Shown piece after piece: positions 50,753 to 63,894 of a stretch of 64,000 nucleotides of DNA (the first letter of the stretch is position 1; every line of letters starts with the position of its first letter). Under the pieces are notes generated by a model, which had not been told where the DNA came from, ran no database searches, and saw only the letters and a program-made list of their open reading frames with translations. The DNA lies in the NCBI RefSeq assembly GCF_963921235.1, contig NC_086097.1, positions 158,970,001-159,034,000 of the forward strand, written 5' to 3'. This DNA is from Mobula hypostoma (Eukaryota). A program made the translations under genes and the position numbers.

Positions 50753-51284
50753 TATAACAACTCATATTTTTGTATCTACAACTGAAAACAAAACTGATTC
50801 CTTCTTCCCTCTGTGTATCATTTGTGGTGAAAATGTGTTCCATATTTTTTACATACTTAAGTATCATTGGATTGGAGTCAATGAAATCCAAGCCATTTTC
50901 AATGATTCATGCTACTTCAAATCTCCAGTGAATGAACTCCAAATTTTCAACACAGGCAAGCAACACTTCCTACTGAATATACTATGTTTAATCTTCAGGT
51001 ATCCTTGTTGCCAATTATAAATATGGCACTATTCAATATTTCCAAATATTAAGTCAAAACTCAACTCATGAATTAGCATCCAAAACAAGGACCTGTGTGT
51101 AAAAAGTTATTGTTATTGTTCTACTTGTCCACTGGAGAACACTGATAACACTGCAAACCTCAAACCACAGACCAGCCCATTACCCTCCGCCAAGTCTTAA
51201 AATCTGCATACAAGCCAGTTTAGGAAATTGCAACATAGGATAGTTGCAATTTATATCCAATTGCAACATAGGATAGTTCCATCT

Positions 51285-51620
51285 CATAAGACCATGACAT
51301 AGGAGCAGTATTAGGCCATTTAGCCAATCAAGTCTGCTCCACTATTCCATCATAGATATTTATTATCAATCACAACCCCATTCTCCTGTCTTCTCCCTGT
51401 AATATTTGATGCCCTGATTAACCAAGAACCTGTCAATCTCTTCTTTGAATATATCCAGTGACTTGGCCTCCACAGCCATCTGTGGCACTGAATTACAGAT
51501 TCACCACTCTTTGGCTAAGTAAATTCCTCCTTACTTCTGTTTTAAAGGGACATCATTGTATTCTGAGGCTGTGCTTTCTGGTCTTAGACTCCCCACTCCA
51601 GGAAACATCTTCTCCACATA
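51285..51620 (-). mobile_element. CR1 3' end fragment
   Basis: cataagaccatgacataggagcagtattaggccatt..., homologous to 54590-54910. Confidence 0.85.
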
Positions 51621-52378
51621 CCGAAACCAATGAAATTAGTTTTCTTCATTGATTCCTTGAGACATAATTTGCCCACGTTCATTCTCAGTCATACTGTTAT
51701 TCACACTATTTAGTAACATAAGAACACTGTACGTCTATTTCTCAAATCCACATCCATTGAGTTTCAGTGAAGTCTGATGTGTCCAACATGTAGTCACTAC
51801 AATATAAGCATTGAATACTGTCAGCTGGGGATGAATTTCTAGGCAACCATATTACTTAAACCCTCACAGATACTGAATCAGTAGTTCAATGTAAGAGCAT
51901 TGTATTTAGAGGAATGAAACTGCAAACCTTAACAGCATGATCTCCTGATGCTTGTCATGACTCTACTGGTTTCTTTTTCAATTTCAATTCCATGCAACAT
52001 TCTCAAAGGAAGATGGGGGCTTAAATATTTCCAAGCAAGAAAGGAATGGATAGTGACAATGTGAAGTCACAGAAAGACTTCCCTCCTCTCTCTCCAAAGA
52101 GGTGATAACTTATTTGTAGAATCTGTCTTAAGTTGGCACTTACCAGAAGATTTTAATGTCTTCATTACATATCAAAGAGAAATTCTGAGAAAAAGTCTTT
52201 GACAGGGATTTCTTTACAAAATGGATATAAGAAATATCAGAATGCCAGTGGCAGATTAGGACCTGCTCTATTCCACTATGCACCAAACTAGTAAGCATTG
52301 GGACTGTTATACTGTTTATCCAAGTAACTAGCACAATGCAAACCAAGTTCCAATTTCATAATAAATAAATTGTTCAAG

Positions 52379-52681
52379 TGTTGGTGTGTGGCCAAGTGGT
52401 TAAGGTGTTTGTCTAGTGATCTGAAGGTCGCTAGTTCGAGCCTTGGCTGTGGCAACGTGTTGTGTCCTTGAGCAAGGCACTTAACCACACATTGCTCTGC
52501 GACGACACCGGTGCCAAGCTGTGTGAGTCCTAATGCCCGTCCCTTGGTGGCGTGGAGAGGGGAAACTTGCAGCATGGGCAACTGCCGGCCTTCCATACAA
52601 CCTTGCCCAGGCCTGCGCCCTGTAAACCTTCCAAGGCGCAAATCCATGGTCTCACGAGACTAACGGATGCCAAAAAAAAAG
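52379..52681 (+). mobile_element. Complete tRNA-head CORE SINE with RTE-like tail
   Basis: A box tggccaagtgg, B box agttcgagcc, CORE-like tgtgtccttgagcaaggcacttaacc and an A-rich tail. 10-bp TSD attgttcaag (52369-52378 / 52682-52691). Confidence 0.88.
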
Positions 52682-52907
52682 ATTGTTCAAGCTCTTCACG
52701 CTCTTAAATTTCTACCACATAACTAGAATTAATTGGTGCATTGAATCCTAACAATAATGTTAGATCTAAATTTTTAAAGATCAGGTGTCTTCTTGTTAAA
52801 AAAGCTTCATTCATACATGCTCTTGTATATTTGGCATTTGATAAAGTTGCATTTAAAGACATTTTACTTCGCTTGTTGGAACACTGAAACAATGCCAGTG
52901 TTTTAGT

Positions 52908-53724
52908 TGCAATGCCCTGATTAAGATTTCTACTGCTATGCAGTAGGTATTTCATTTTAGCAGTTTTCTGCAAAAGCAGTGAGTCCTGCTGGAACAATGT
53001 CTTGGCTTCAGCTAAAGGTAAGAAGCCCTGCTGTTCAAATTAGGAATGCCGTGTCAGCTGATCAGGATGGTGGGATCTGGAGAAAGTTTGAGAGAGCATG
53101 TGGTGGAGAGAGTTTTGTAATGGATGGTAGTGCAGTTTGGGGTCTTCTAACGGGAGCTGTGGAGCAGGACAGAAGGGAAGGTGCCACAGAATACAGTTGG
53201 AAGAGGAGTACCTGGTGAGCAAAGCGCCTTGTGCAGATGAATGGTTCCAAGGAGAAAGGGCCAATACTCCTGAGATAGAGTCAGTTTGTTTGAGATGGAC
53301 TTTGAGACTATGGGTTCAGTGCCGTGAATAGTGGTTATACACAGCTTTGGAAGAATCAAACTCCAAAGATCATGTGCGCATTTAGACTGGTCTAACTGTA
53401 ATGGGCCCTTTTATTTTGTTCCTTCTTTCTGTTATTTCTTCTAATGACTTTTTAACAAAGCTGAAATTAGTAAATATAATTTCTTTATAATTTTATGCGG
53501 TGTACAAATAATTGTGTATACATAGTATTTACTCAGCAGTCACACAAATCGAGGTTTCTTTAATTTGAACATCATGATGGTCCTGTTTGGTTGAACTGCA
53601 AATCACACCAACCCTAGACATATATTGTTTATGAAAGGTGGCCTTCTCACCACTGAATACCATGCCTGTTAGCAGAGTTAGCTAATGAGCCAAGTTTGCA
53701 TACGAGCCGGGACAGAGGGTTACA
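52908..53724 (+). mobile_element. Solo LTR (family B)
   Basis: tgcaatgccc...gagggttaca gives TG...CA ends with short inverted termini; 4-bp TSD TAGT (52904-52907 / 53725-53728). Orientation is inferred. Confidence 0.75.
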
Positions 53725-54589
53725 TAGTGTTAGTATGATCTCAGCCTAGCTCCTGCATAAAAATGCTGGAAACGCTGAGCAGATTAGGCAGCATCAGCGA
53801 AAAGTACAGGTAATATTCTGGTTAATGACTTTTCTCCAGCACTCAGAAAATCTGTGCCTATTTCCTAATTTAATGAAAAATATGCAAGCTTTGTCAGACA
53901 AAGCCAAGCGTTCCTATGATGAACCCTAAAGTTCAAATTTGTGTCACAGCTTTACCTGGTTATCTCATATACTCAGGGGAGATCTCAGATTTCAATTTTC
54001 TGCCAGCGCTCTCTATTGTTCCAACTGTCATATCTTCCAGATTGATACAATGTCATTCTGCATTTGTGAAATCTTTCTCTGCAATGTCATTTGGACCTTC
54101 TGGGTATTATTGCTCACAGAAGTGTGTTCGTCCATCTTTTCAGCTTGGATTCCTGTTTTTGCAACTTGTCTATTCCTGCTTCAGGTGTTTAGGATTGCAT
54201 TCTATATCAAATATCATTGCCTAAATCTTATCTGTTTCTCAAATGCTATAAATTGACAAGCATTCTAGGCATGCAGAAGAGTTATCACCATTAAGTATTG
54301 AAAGTTATTGTCCAAGATGCGTAATCAGCTTATAAATGTTAAAAATATTAGTTATTTTGTTCTAGAAATAAAATGACGTTCACTTCCTGAGGTTCACACT
54401 GTGGTGCCCCAGGAGCTGCGGAATGAACATTTTGGTGTTTCGTTTTTCATTTCCATTTCCCAAATGCCTGTCAAAGTCTGCATTATCTGTCATCACCCAA
54501 AATGTAATTACAACCAATTATAGCACAATGACCAGTGTGCGCAAAAACCTTGTGTTGTGCAATTTTTTGACCAGTGACAACAACATAAA

Positions 54590-57500
54590 ACCATAAGGCC
54601 ATAAGGTATAGGAGCAGAAGTAGGTCATTCAGCCCATCAATTCTGCTCCACCATTCAATCATGGGCTGATCCAATTCTTCCAGTCATCCCCACTTCCCTG
54701 CCTTCTCCCCATCCCTTTGATGCCCTGGCTAATCAAGAACCTATCTATCTCTGCCTTAAATGCACCCAATGACTTGGCCTTCACAGCCACTCGTGGCAAC
54801 AAATTCCACATATTTACACACCTCAGACTAGTAATTTCTCTGCACCTTTGTTCTAAATGGATGTCCTTCAATCCCGAAGTCGTGCCCTCTTGTCCTAGAC
54901 TCCCCTACCATGGGAAATAACTTTGCCATATCTAATCTGTTGAGGCCTTTTAACATTTGGAATGTTTCTATAAGATCCCCCCTCGTTCTCCTGAACTCCA
55001 GGGAATATAGCCCAAGAGCTGCCAGATGTTCCTCATTCCTGGAATCATTTTCGTGAATCTTCTCTGAACCCTCTTCAATATCAGTATATCCTGTCTGAAA
55101 TAAGGAGCCTAAAACTGCACACAATACTCCAAGTGTGGTCTCACGAGTGCCGTATACAGTCTCAACAACATCACATCCCAGCTCTTATATTCTATACCTC
55201 TAGAAATGAATGCCAACATTGCATTCGCCTTCTTCACCACTGACTCAACCGAAGGTTAACCTTCAGGGTATCTTGCACAAGGACTCCCAAGTCCCTTTGC
55301 ATCTCTGCATTTTGAATTGTCTCCCCATCTAAATAATAGTCTGCTCGTTTATTTCTTCCACCAAAGTGCATGACCATACACTTTCCCACATTGTATTTCA
55401 TTTGCCACATCTTTGCCTATTCCCCTGAACTATCTAAGTCTCTCTGCAGGCTCTCTGTTTCCTCAACACTACCCGCTCCTCCATCTATCTTTGTATCATT
55501 GGCAAATTTAGCCACAAATGCGTTAATCCCATAGACCAAATCATTAACATACATTATAAAAAGCAGCGTCCCAGCACTGAACCCCTGTGGAACTGCACTG
55601 GTAACTGGCAGCCAGCCAGAATAGGATCCCTTTATTCCCACTCACAGTTTTCTGCCGATCAGCCACTCATGCTGGTAACTCCGCTGTAATTCCATGGGCT
55701 CTTATCTTGCTAAGCAGCCTCATGTGCAGCACCTTCTGAAAATCCAAGTACATCCATCTACTACATCTCCTGCTTGTAATTTCCTCAAAACATTGCTGTT
55801 AGTTAGTCAGGCAGGATTTTCCTTTCAGGAAACCATGCTGGCTTTGGCCTATCTTGTCATGTGCCTCCAGGTATTCCGTAATTTCATCCCTAACAATCGA
55901 TTCCCACAATTTCCCAACCACTGATGTCAGGCTAACTGGTTTATAGTTTTCTTTCTGCTGCCTCCCACCCTTCTTAAATAGCGGAGTAACATTTGCAATT
56001 TTCTAGTCATCCGACACAATGCCAGAATCCATCAATTCTTGAAAGATCATTGTTAATGCCTTCCGCAATCTCTCCAGCTACTTCCTTCAGAACCTGAGGA
56101 TGCATTCCATCAGGTTCAGGAGATTTATCCACCCTCAGACCATTAAGCTTCCTGATCACCTTCTCAGTTGTAATTTTCACTGCACATACTTCACCTCCCT
56201 GACACTCTTGAATGTCTGGTATACTGCAGATGTCTTCCACTGTGAAGACTGATGCAAAATACGCATTCAGTTCCCCTGACATCTCTGCGTCTCTCATTAC
56301 AATATCTCCAGCGTCATTTTCTATTGGTCCTATATCTACCCTCGACTCTTTTACCCTTTATATACTTAAAAAAACCTTTTAGTATCTTCTTTGATATTAG
56401 TCACCAGCTTTTTTTCATAATTCATCTTTTCATTCCTAATGACCTTCTTAGTTTCCTTCTGAAAGTTTTTAAAAGCTTCCCATTCTTCTATATTCCCACT
56501 AGCTCTGGCTTTCTTGTATGCCCTCTCTTTCGCTTTTACTTTGGGTCTAACGTCACTTGTCAGCCACAGTAGTATCATTCTTCCATTCGAAAATGTCTTC
56601 TTATTTGGAATATTTGTAATATTTCCGTTAAAGATGGCGCCGGTTTCTGGCGACTTTGCGCGTGCTCTCCCGAGCAAACTGCCCTCTCCACTATCCTATA
56701 CCCAAGAAACCCTTCTAAACCTCCAATCTAGCAAGATCAAGATCAACAACACCCTGGCGAAGCTACTGACCCAGCTGGAGACCACCGCGCCAGAACTGCT
56801 TCTTAAATTACAGACCGCACCTGGACCCAGACGCTTCTCCAGAGCGACCACCGTAAAGCCCCATTGGTGGCCATCCACAGCTGCTGGAAGTGAGGCCTCC
56901 GCCGCTGACCTAGGAAATCAAGCCCGAGGCTTGACTGGAGCGGAGGCCTCCGCAATTGTGACTTGGCTTAAGGACTTATCTCAGCAAGGAGCCCGGTCAT
57001 CCGGGATTAAGTGTCGGCTTCGGGGCCCGACCCAATTGACAGCCCGGGCCCCCCGCAGCTGGAAGTGGCAGCGAAGCCTCCCTCGTTACTCGGCCCGACC
57101 TGGAGCGCACGACGACGCGACCTGCTGATCGATTCCTGCGGGACGCGTCCACCTACCTCAAAGAGCTGACAACAACACACTGCATCGATGGAAACCTGGA
57201 AAGATGCACTACTTACCGAGGAAGAGCAGGAAAAGAGCTGAGCTGCTGGTCAGATTGAAGCTAAGGGGCTTCAGGGTCCCAGTGCCCACCATCCTACTAG
57301 CTAATGTGCAAGCCATAGAGAACAAGGTGGATGATCTTAAAGGGAGACTCACCTACTGCAGGGAGATGCAGAACTGCTGTGTATTCTGTTTCACTGAGAC
57401 TTGGCTCTCCCCTGCCACCCCCGACTGTGCCATCCGACCGGAGGGATTTTCAATCCATCGGATGGACTGCACGGCGTCTTCGGGCAAGACGAGGGGAGGT

Positions 57501-60500
57501 GGTGTCTGCCTAATGATCAGCACTGCGTGGTGCTCGGACACAGTGGCACTGACAAGCTCCTGCAGCCCGGACCTGGAACACCTGTCGGTGAAGTGTCATC
57601 CCTACTATCTGCCACGGGAATTCACCTCGGTCATACTGACAGCGGTCTACATTCCCCCCCACGTGGACATGGAATGTGCTCTGAACATACTGTATGCCAA
57701 CATCAGTGAATTTGAGACCAGGTATCTGGAGGCTTTGCTCATTACAGCTGGGGACTTTAACCAGGCCAACCTCAGAAAGGCATTGCCAAAGTTATACCAA
57801 CATGTCTCCTGCCCCACTAGAGGTCCGAATATACTTGACCACTGCTACACAGCAGTCAAGGATGCCTACCGTTCCGTCCCACGACCTCACTTCGGAAAAT
57901 CAGACCATCAGGCCGTACTCCTCCTCCTGCTTACAAACGGAAACTGAGGTGGGAGATCACGGTGTCAAAAGTAGTGTCGCGTTGGACGGAGGAAACGGAT
58001 GAGGTCCTCCGCGACTGCTTTGAATCGGTAGACTGGTTAGTATTCAAGGACTCGGCAGCTAACCTCGATGAGTATGCCTCAGCTGTGACGGACTTTATTT
58101 GGAAATGCACGGAGGACTGTGTGTCTTGCAAGACGATCCAGGTATTCCCTAACTGGAAACCTTGGATGAATTATGAAGTCAAGTCCCTTTTAAAGGCTAG
58201 AGCTACGTCTTTTAGGTCCGGGGATACCAGTCGCTGCACGGAATCCAGGAGTGAACTCCAGAAAGCCATTAAGGATGCCAAGAGGCAATATTGAGCCAAG
58301 TTGGAAGCCCAGGCTAACCAAGGGGATGCCACTAGACTATGGCAGGGTCTAAATGAGATCACTGGGTGCAAAGAAAAGGCTGGGAATATCAATAACTGTG
58401 GCGCTTCTCTTCCTGATGAACTTAACGTATTCCACGCAAGATTTGAACAGAAGAGGAGCGTCCCGCTCCCTCTGGATGAACCGGACCTGGTGGCATCGAG
58501 ATTCATCATCACCGAGGAGGACGTTGGAAGGGCCTTCCTGAAGATAAATCCAAGGAAGGCAACGGGCCCAGATGGAGTCCCAGGATTGGTTCTCCAGGCC
58601 TGTGCAAGCGAGCTAGCTGGAGTGTTTGCTGACATCTTCAACTGCTCCTGGCTTCAGTCTAAGATCCCCTCATGTTTTAAGAAGGCAACAATAATCCCAG
58701 TGCCGAAGAAGAGCAAGGTGGCATGCCTGAATGACTATCAACCTGTGGCTCTGACATCAATTGCTATGAAGTGCTTCGAGAGATTGGTTATTGCACACAC
58801 CAACCACAGCCTACCGGTCAACCTTGACACTTTGCAATTTGCCTACCGGAGCAACAGGTCAACGGCAGATGCCATCTCTCTGGCCCTACATTCCTCCTTA
58901 GAACACCTGGACAATAAAGACGCATACGTAAGGCTCCTTTTCATTGACTACAGCTCTGCCTTTAATACCATAATTCCAAATAGACGATTCCTAAGCTCTG
59001 GAACCTGGGCCTTAGCACTCAGATCTGCAGCTGGATCTTCAACTTCCTCACAGACAGGACCCAGGCTGTAAAAATAGGGGACAAGCTCTCCTCTACAATC
59101 ACTCTGTGCACCGGTGCCCCACAAGGCTGTGTACTCAGCCCCCTGCTGTACTCACTATACACCCTTGATTGTGTAGCCAAGTTTCCATCAAACTGAATAT
59201 ATAAGTTTGCTGATGACACGACAATTGTAGGCCGTATCTCAGGTGATGATAAGTTTGAGTACAGAGAGGAAATTAAGAACCTGGTGGCATGGTGCAAAGA
59301 CAATAACCTATCCCTCAATGTCAGCAAGATGAATAAATTGGCTGTTGACTTCAGAAGGAGTAGTGGACTGCACGATCCCATTTACATCAGTGGTTCGCAA
59401 GTGGAACAGGTCAAAAGCTTAAAGTTCCTCGGGATCAATATCACAAATGACCTGACTTGGTCCAACCAAGCAGAGTTCACTGCCAAGAAGGCCCACCAGT
59501 GCCTTTACTTCCTGAGAAAACTAAAGAAATTTGGCCTGTCCCCTAAAAACCTCACTAATTTTTATAGATGCACCATAGAAATCATTCTTCTAGGGTGCAT
59601 CAAAACCTGGTATGGAAATTGTCCTGTCCAAGACCGAAAGAAGCTGCAGAAGATCGTGAACACGGCGCAGCACATCACACAAACCAATCTTCCATCCGTG
59701 GACTCACTTTACACCGCACGCTGTCGGAGCAGTGCTGCCAGGATAATCAAGGACACGACCTACCCAGCCAACACACTTTTCGTCCCTCTTCCCTCCGGGA
59801 GAGGGCTCAGGAGCTTGAAGACTCGTATGGCCAGATTTGGGAACAGCTTCTTTCCAACTGTGATAAGACTGCTGAACGGATCCTGACCCGGATCTGGGCC
59901 ATACCCTCCAAATATCCGGACCTGCCTCTCGTTTTTTTTGCACTACCTTACTTTTCATTTTTCTATTTTCTATTTATGATTTATAATTTAAGTTTTTAAT
60001 ATTTACTAATTTTAACTATTTTTAATATTTAATATTTGTAATCCAGGGAGTGGGAAGTGCAGAATCAAATATCGCTGTGATGATTGTATGTTCTGGTACC
60101 AATTGTTTGGTGACAATAAAGTATAAAGTAAGTATAAAGTATTTGCACTTATTTGCACTTCCCTCATTTTTCACAGGAACTCCAGCCATTGCTGCTCTGC
60201 TGTCCTTCCTGCTGGTGTCCCTTTCCAGTCAACCTTGGCCCGTTCCCCTCTCATGCCATTGTAATTTCCTTTATTCCACTGAAATACCGACACATTGAAA
60301 TTTGGCTTCTCCTTCCCAAATTTCAAAGCAAACTGGATCATATTGTGATCACTATTCCCTAAGGGTTCCTTAACCTTAAGCTCTCTTATCACCTCTGGAT
60401 CATTGCACAATGCCCAATCCAAAACAACTGATCCCCTAGTGGGCTCAACAACAAGCTGTTCTAAAAAGCCATCCCTTAGACGTTCTACAAATTCTATCTT

Positions 60501-61370
60501 TTGAGGTCCAGTACTAGCCTGGTTTTCCCAATCTGCTTTCACGTTAAAAACCCAACGATTATCATGACATTGCCCTTCTGACATGCTTTTTATATCTCCT
60601 GCTGTAATTTGTAATCCACATCCTGGCTGCTTTTTGGAGACCTGTATACAACTGCCATCAGAGTCCTTTTACACTTGCCATTTCTTAACTCAACCCATAG
60701 CGACTCTATACCTTCCAATCCTATGTCATTCTTTTCTAATGATTTAATATTATTTCTTATACACAGGGCCACACCACCCCTTTTTCCTACTAACCTTTCT
60801 TTCTGATACACCGTATATCCTTGGACATTCAGCTCCCAATGGCAGCCATCCTTTAGCCAAGTTTCAGAGGTGGCCACAACGTCATACTTGCCAATCTGTA
60901 GTTGAATTTCAAGATCATTCATTTTATTTCTTATGCTGCGTGCATTCAGATATAACATTTACAGTCCAGTATTTGTTGTTTTGTGTTTTAACTGCACCAC
61001 CCCACTATTGCCCTGTAAGTCAGCCCACTGTCTGTGATTATGCCTCGTCTCCTGCCTGTCCTTTCTATCATCTCTGTTGCACACTATCTTTGACTTATTT
61101 CTGTTTTCCCCTTCCTCAGCCCTATCACTCTGGCTCCCATCTCCCTGCCAGATTACTTTAAACCCTCCCTAACAGCTCTATTAAACCTGCCTGCTAGGAT
61201 ATTGGACCCCTTTGAGTTCAGGTGTAACCCATCCTTTTTGTACAGGTCGTACCTCCCCAGACGATGCCGCAATGATCCAGGAAGCCGAAGCCCTGCCCCT
61301 TACACCAGTCTCTCAGCCACGCACCAGTATGCCTGGTCATGCTATTCATGTGCTCGTGAGCACGTGGCAC
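54590..61370 (-). mobile_element. Long CR1 (end of ORF1, ORF2, tail) split by a Rex LINE (54590-56616 and 60141-61370)
   Basis: EN LYLNARSIRNK, VATSETWL and SDHN (60171-60958); RT KSPEPDGMHP and KFANDTK. An esterase-end remnant (GRYDLYKKDGLHLN) lies near 61220-61260 and the tail near 54590. Confidence 0.92.
56617..60140 (+). mobile_element. Near full-length Rex1/Babar LINE (APE endonuclease plus RT), few lesions
   Basis: ILLANVQAIENK, CFTETWL, AVYIPP, AGDFN, SDH, KATGPDG, PVALTS, FIDYSSAFNTI, YKFADDT and PLPSGR are all present. The 5' end has aagatggcg and the tail is aataaagtataaagta. There are about two frameshifts and two stops, and a possible tatttg TSD. Confidence 0.93.
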
Positions 61371-61371
61371 A

Positions 61372-62102
61372 GTCACACTGAACGTGTACACACTGAATTT
61401 TATAGACAGAGATATTCATTTTAACAGCTAGCAAAACACTGTCAGTAAGAACTTTGATCTCCTCTGGGTTTGTTCATTTTCACTTCATTCACCTGCACTC
61501 TCACAAGAAATATGTAGCAGGCCTGTAGCAGGCAATGAAGAATTTTCTCGCAAGTGTTTTTGCACACCGTCCGTATTTGATTTGCTTGCTAAATGATGCT
61601 TTAAAAAATCAGGTTTCCAAATATCACTGCACTTCTTTCCACTTGCAAGTTCTCCAGCAACTTTTGCATTGTGACAATACATGTAGTTAACGCTAGTTTC
61701 TGTACTGTACATAAATATTTCTTGTTGCTGCATGTTCCAAACCTCATGAGCTTTTAGTGTAGCATTTTCTATTTCATCAAGCCATTTCACATTATATGAA
61801 TGTACAGTTCTTTTGCACTTCATGCCCTTTGCTTGTGTGGAATTCAACATAGTGAATCAATAATTTCTTCAATAAAAACAGTATCAATAAACCAGTTCTA
61901 AAATCTGCAGGCAAATCATCACAAACTCCACATTGTCAACATCGTCCACTTCAGGAATCAAAAAAGGAAAGGTGATTGTGTACGATTGTGGAACATATTT
62001 AACATGCCAACGAGGTAGAGGGTGACAATATTTTGTGCGCAGTTTAAATTCCTTTGTACACTAGCAGAAAAAGATGTGTGTGCACACCTTAGAGTGAACA
62101 TT
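61372..62102 (-). mobile_element. 5' part of a hAT transposon with TTF/ZNF862-like zinc finger remnant
   Basis: ORF 61485-61850 reads KWL...YC..AKV...SGKK...WKPDFLKHHLASKS. The terminus reads aatgttcactctaaggtg on the minus strand (CAGTGTTCCCTCTAA-like). Confidence 0.7.
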
Positions 62103-62449
62103 AATTACAGCCGATTAGAGCATGAGTTCCCTCAAGTGCCTTTACCCTGAAGATGAGCTGGTTGGTTAATTAGCTAATACAGTTAATGGCAGAAGAATCA
62201 GGGCAGAGTTAATGAACATAGGTTAGAGAAAAGGTTACAGGAAAATAACAGAGGAAAGCTATAGACCATGTGCAGACAGATGTGCAGTTTAATTTAGTAT
62301 CATGGTCAGCACCAACACGGTGGGCCGAAGGCCCTGTTCCTTGTTGTACTGTTATGTGTTCTATGTTGTTCCATGTTCAACATAATATCATGAAAGGGAA
62401 ATTTTTTGACTTTGACTTTGACATCTGAGTGAAATTTTTTGACTTTTTC

Positions 62450-63645
62450 TGTTCTTTGAGGATGTAACATGTAGTGTCACTGAAGGGAAACCATTTAATG
62501 AGGTGGACTTGAATTTCCAAGAGGCAATCAATAAGGCTTCACAAAGGATTATACGAGTTCAGTATCGACAGAATATAATAGAATGCCACTGTGTTTATTG
62601 TTGGCAGCAGAGTTGTTTACGACTTAAATGCTTGCCTTAGATGTAGGCATATTTGCTAATGAATCAAGGGTTGATAGGACAGACAGTAATGATGATGATG
62701 ATGATACAAACGGTCTTTCAAGGGCTATAGATTGGCTCAGAGAATGGGGAAAAAATACCAAACAGAGCACAATGAGGAGAATTGTGAGGTTGTGCACATT
62801 GGTAGGAGGAATAAAAAAAAGCAAGAGCTTCAGAATACTGTCTTATAGAGATATCCTAGCATCTTAGTATGTGAAGCACAGAAACTTAGCAAGTATAGAC
62901 AAAGTGGAATGCAAGTAAGCCATGTGATGAATTTTTACTCAGCCATCATTGACAGTGTTGTGACCACTTCTTTCACTGTTTGGTTTCCTCCCACCTCCTC
63001 CCTCTCCAAGTCCCTGTTTGCAGTGAGTGGTCCACTCAGCCAAGAAGATCATTGGTTGTCAGTTACCAACATTAAAGGACGGCTTCTTCACCGGAGCGAA
63101 GGAAAGAGCTGGAAAGATTACTGCTGACTCTACCCGCCCTAGCAGTCACCTTTTCACCAAATTGCCATTGGGGAGATGCTACAAGTCCATCACCACCAGG
63201 ACTACATATTATCTTTGAAGCTTCTTTTCTGTAGCTATCCAGCTTCTCAACAAACCTCACTCTGATACCCTACCTGTCCCTCCATAACATCTGTTAAATG
63301 GTCTTTCTTGTTCTGTTGATAAGTATTGAGTCTGCTCGTATGTTCACATTTAGTTAAGTTTGATTATTGACGACTGGGCATGTGACCATCTGCTAATTGT
63401 TGATTGCTCAGGGCTGCTTGCATTACTGTCTTGTAAATTGTTAGTTGCTATTGTGTATATATGTCCTGTGCTTTATGCTTGGCATCAAACCACAATCAAA
63501 TCTGGTATGTTTCATATACTAGGAATAAAGTGATTCCAATTCTGAAATGATCAGTAATTCCACAAATATTGACTCTTATCACAAGGGGGATGGATTATAA
63601 AAGTAGGGAAGCCTTGCTACAATAGCACAGGGTAAATCCACACTT
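62450..63645 (+). mobile_element. Old CR1 RT remnant split by a Rex-like fragment
   Basis: FFEDV..V.EGKPFNEVDLNFQEA and LSRAIDWLREW remnants; resumes as ggggatggattataaaagtagggaag after 63550. Confidence 0.6.
62925..63545 (+). mobile_element. Rex1/Babar-like 3' part
   Basis: NFYSAIIDSVVTTSFTVWF, SAKKIIG, AGKITADSTRPSSHLFTKLPLGRCYKSI; ends ggaataaagtgattccaattctga. Confidence 0.85.
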
Positions 63646-63894
63646 AAGATTCAGAATATCTTATTGTCAGATACACCAGGGTGCAATGAATTTCCTAAAA
63701 ACACGAAGAGAAGTATGAGTAATTTTGGTCTATTTTACTTCCTTTGGAACGAGCTCAGACCAGGTTCACTCGATTCATTCTCGGGGTAAAGGTGCTGAGT
63801 AAGGAGGAAATGTGGAGCTGGTGTCCACTGGGATATATGAGGAAATCAATGTCTGGAGGGCTTAGATAAAAGGAGAAACTGCATAGACTAAGAG

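Noticed and set aside
52383..52455. tRNA gene
   Set aside because: It is the head of a SINE with CORE body, A-rich tail and TSD.
52961..53017. Host coding exon
   Set aside because: The splice signals are good, but it lies inside a solo LTR and no frame gives a recognisable protein.
61485..61850. Host ZNF862-like gene exon
   Set aside because: The zinc ligands are degenerate, it lies next to a hAT-like terminus and it is truncated; it is a transposon fossil.
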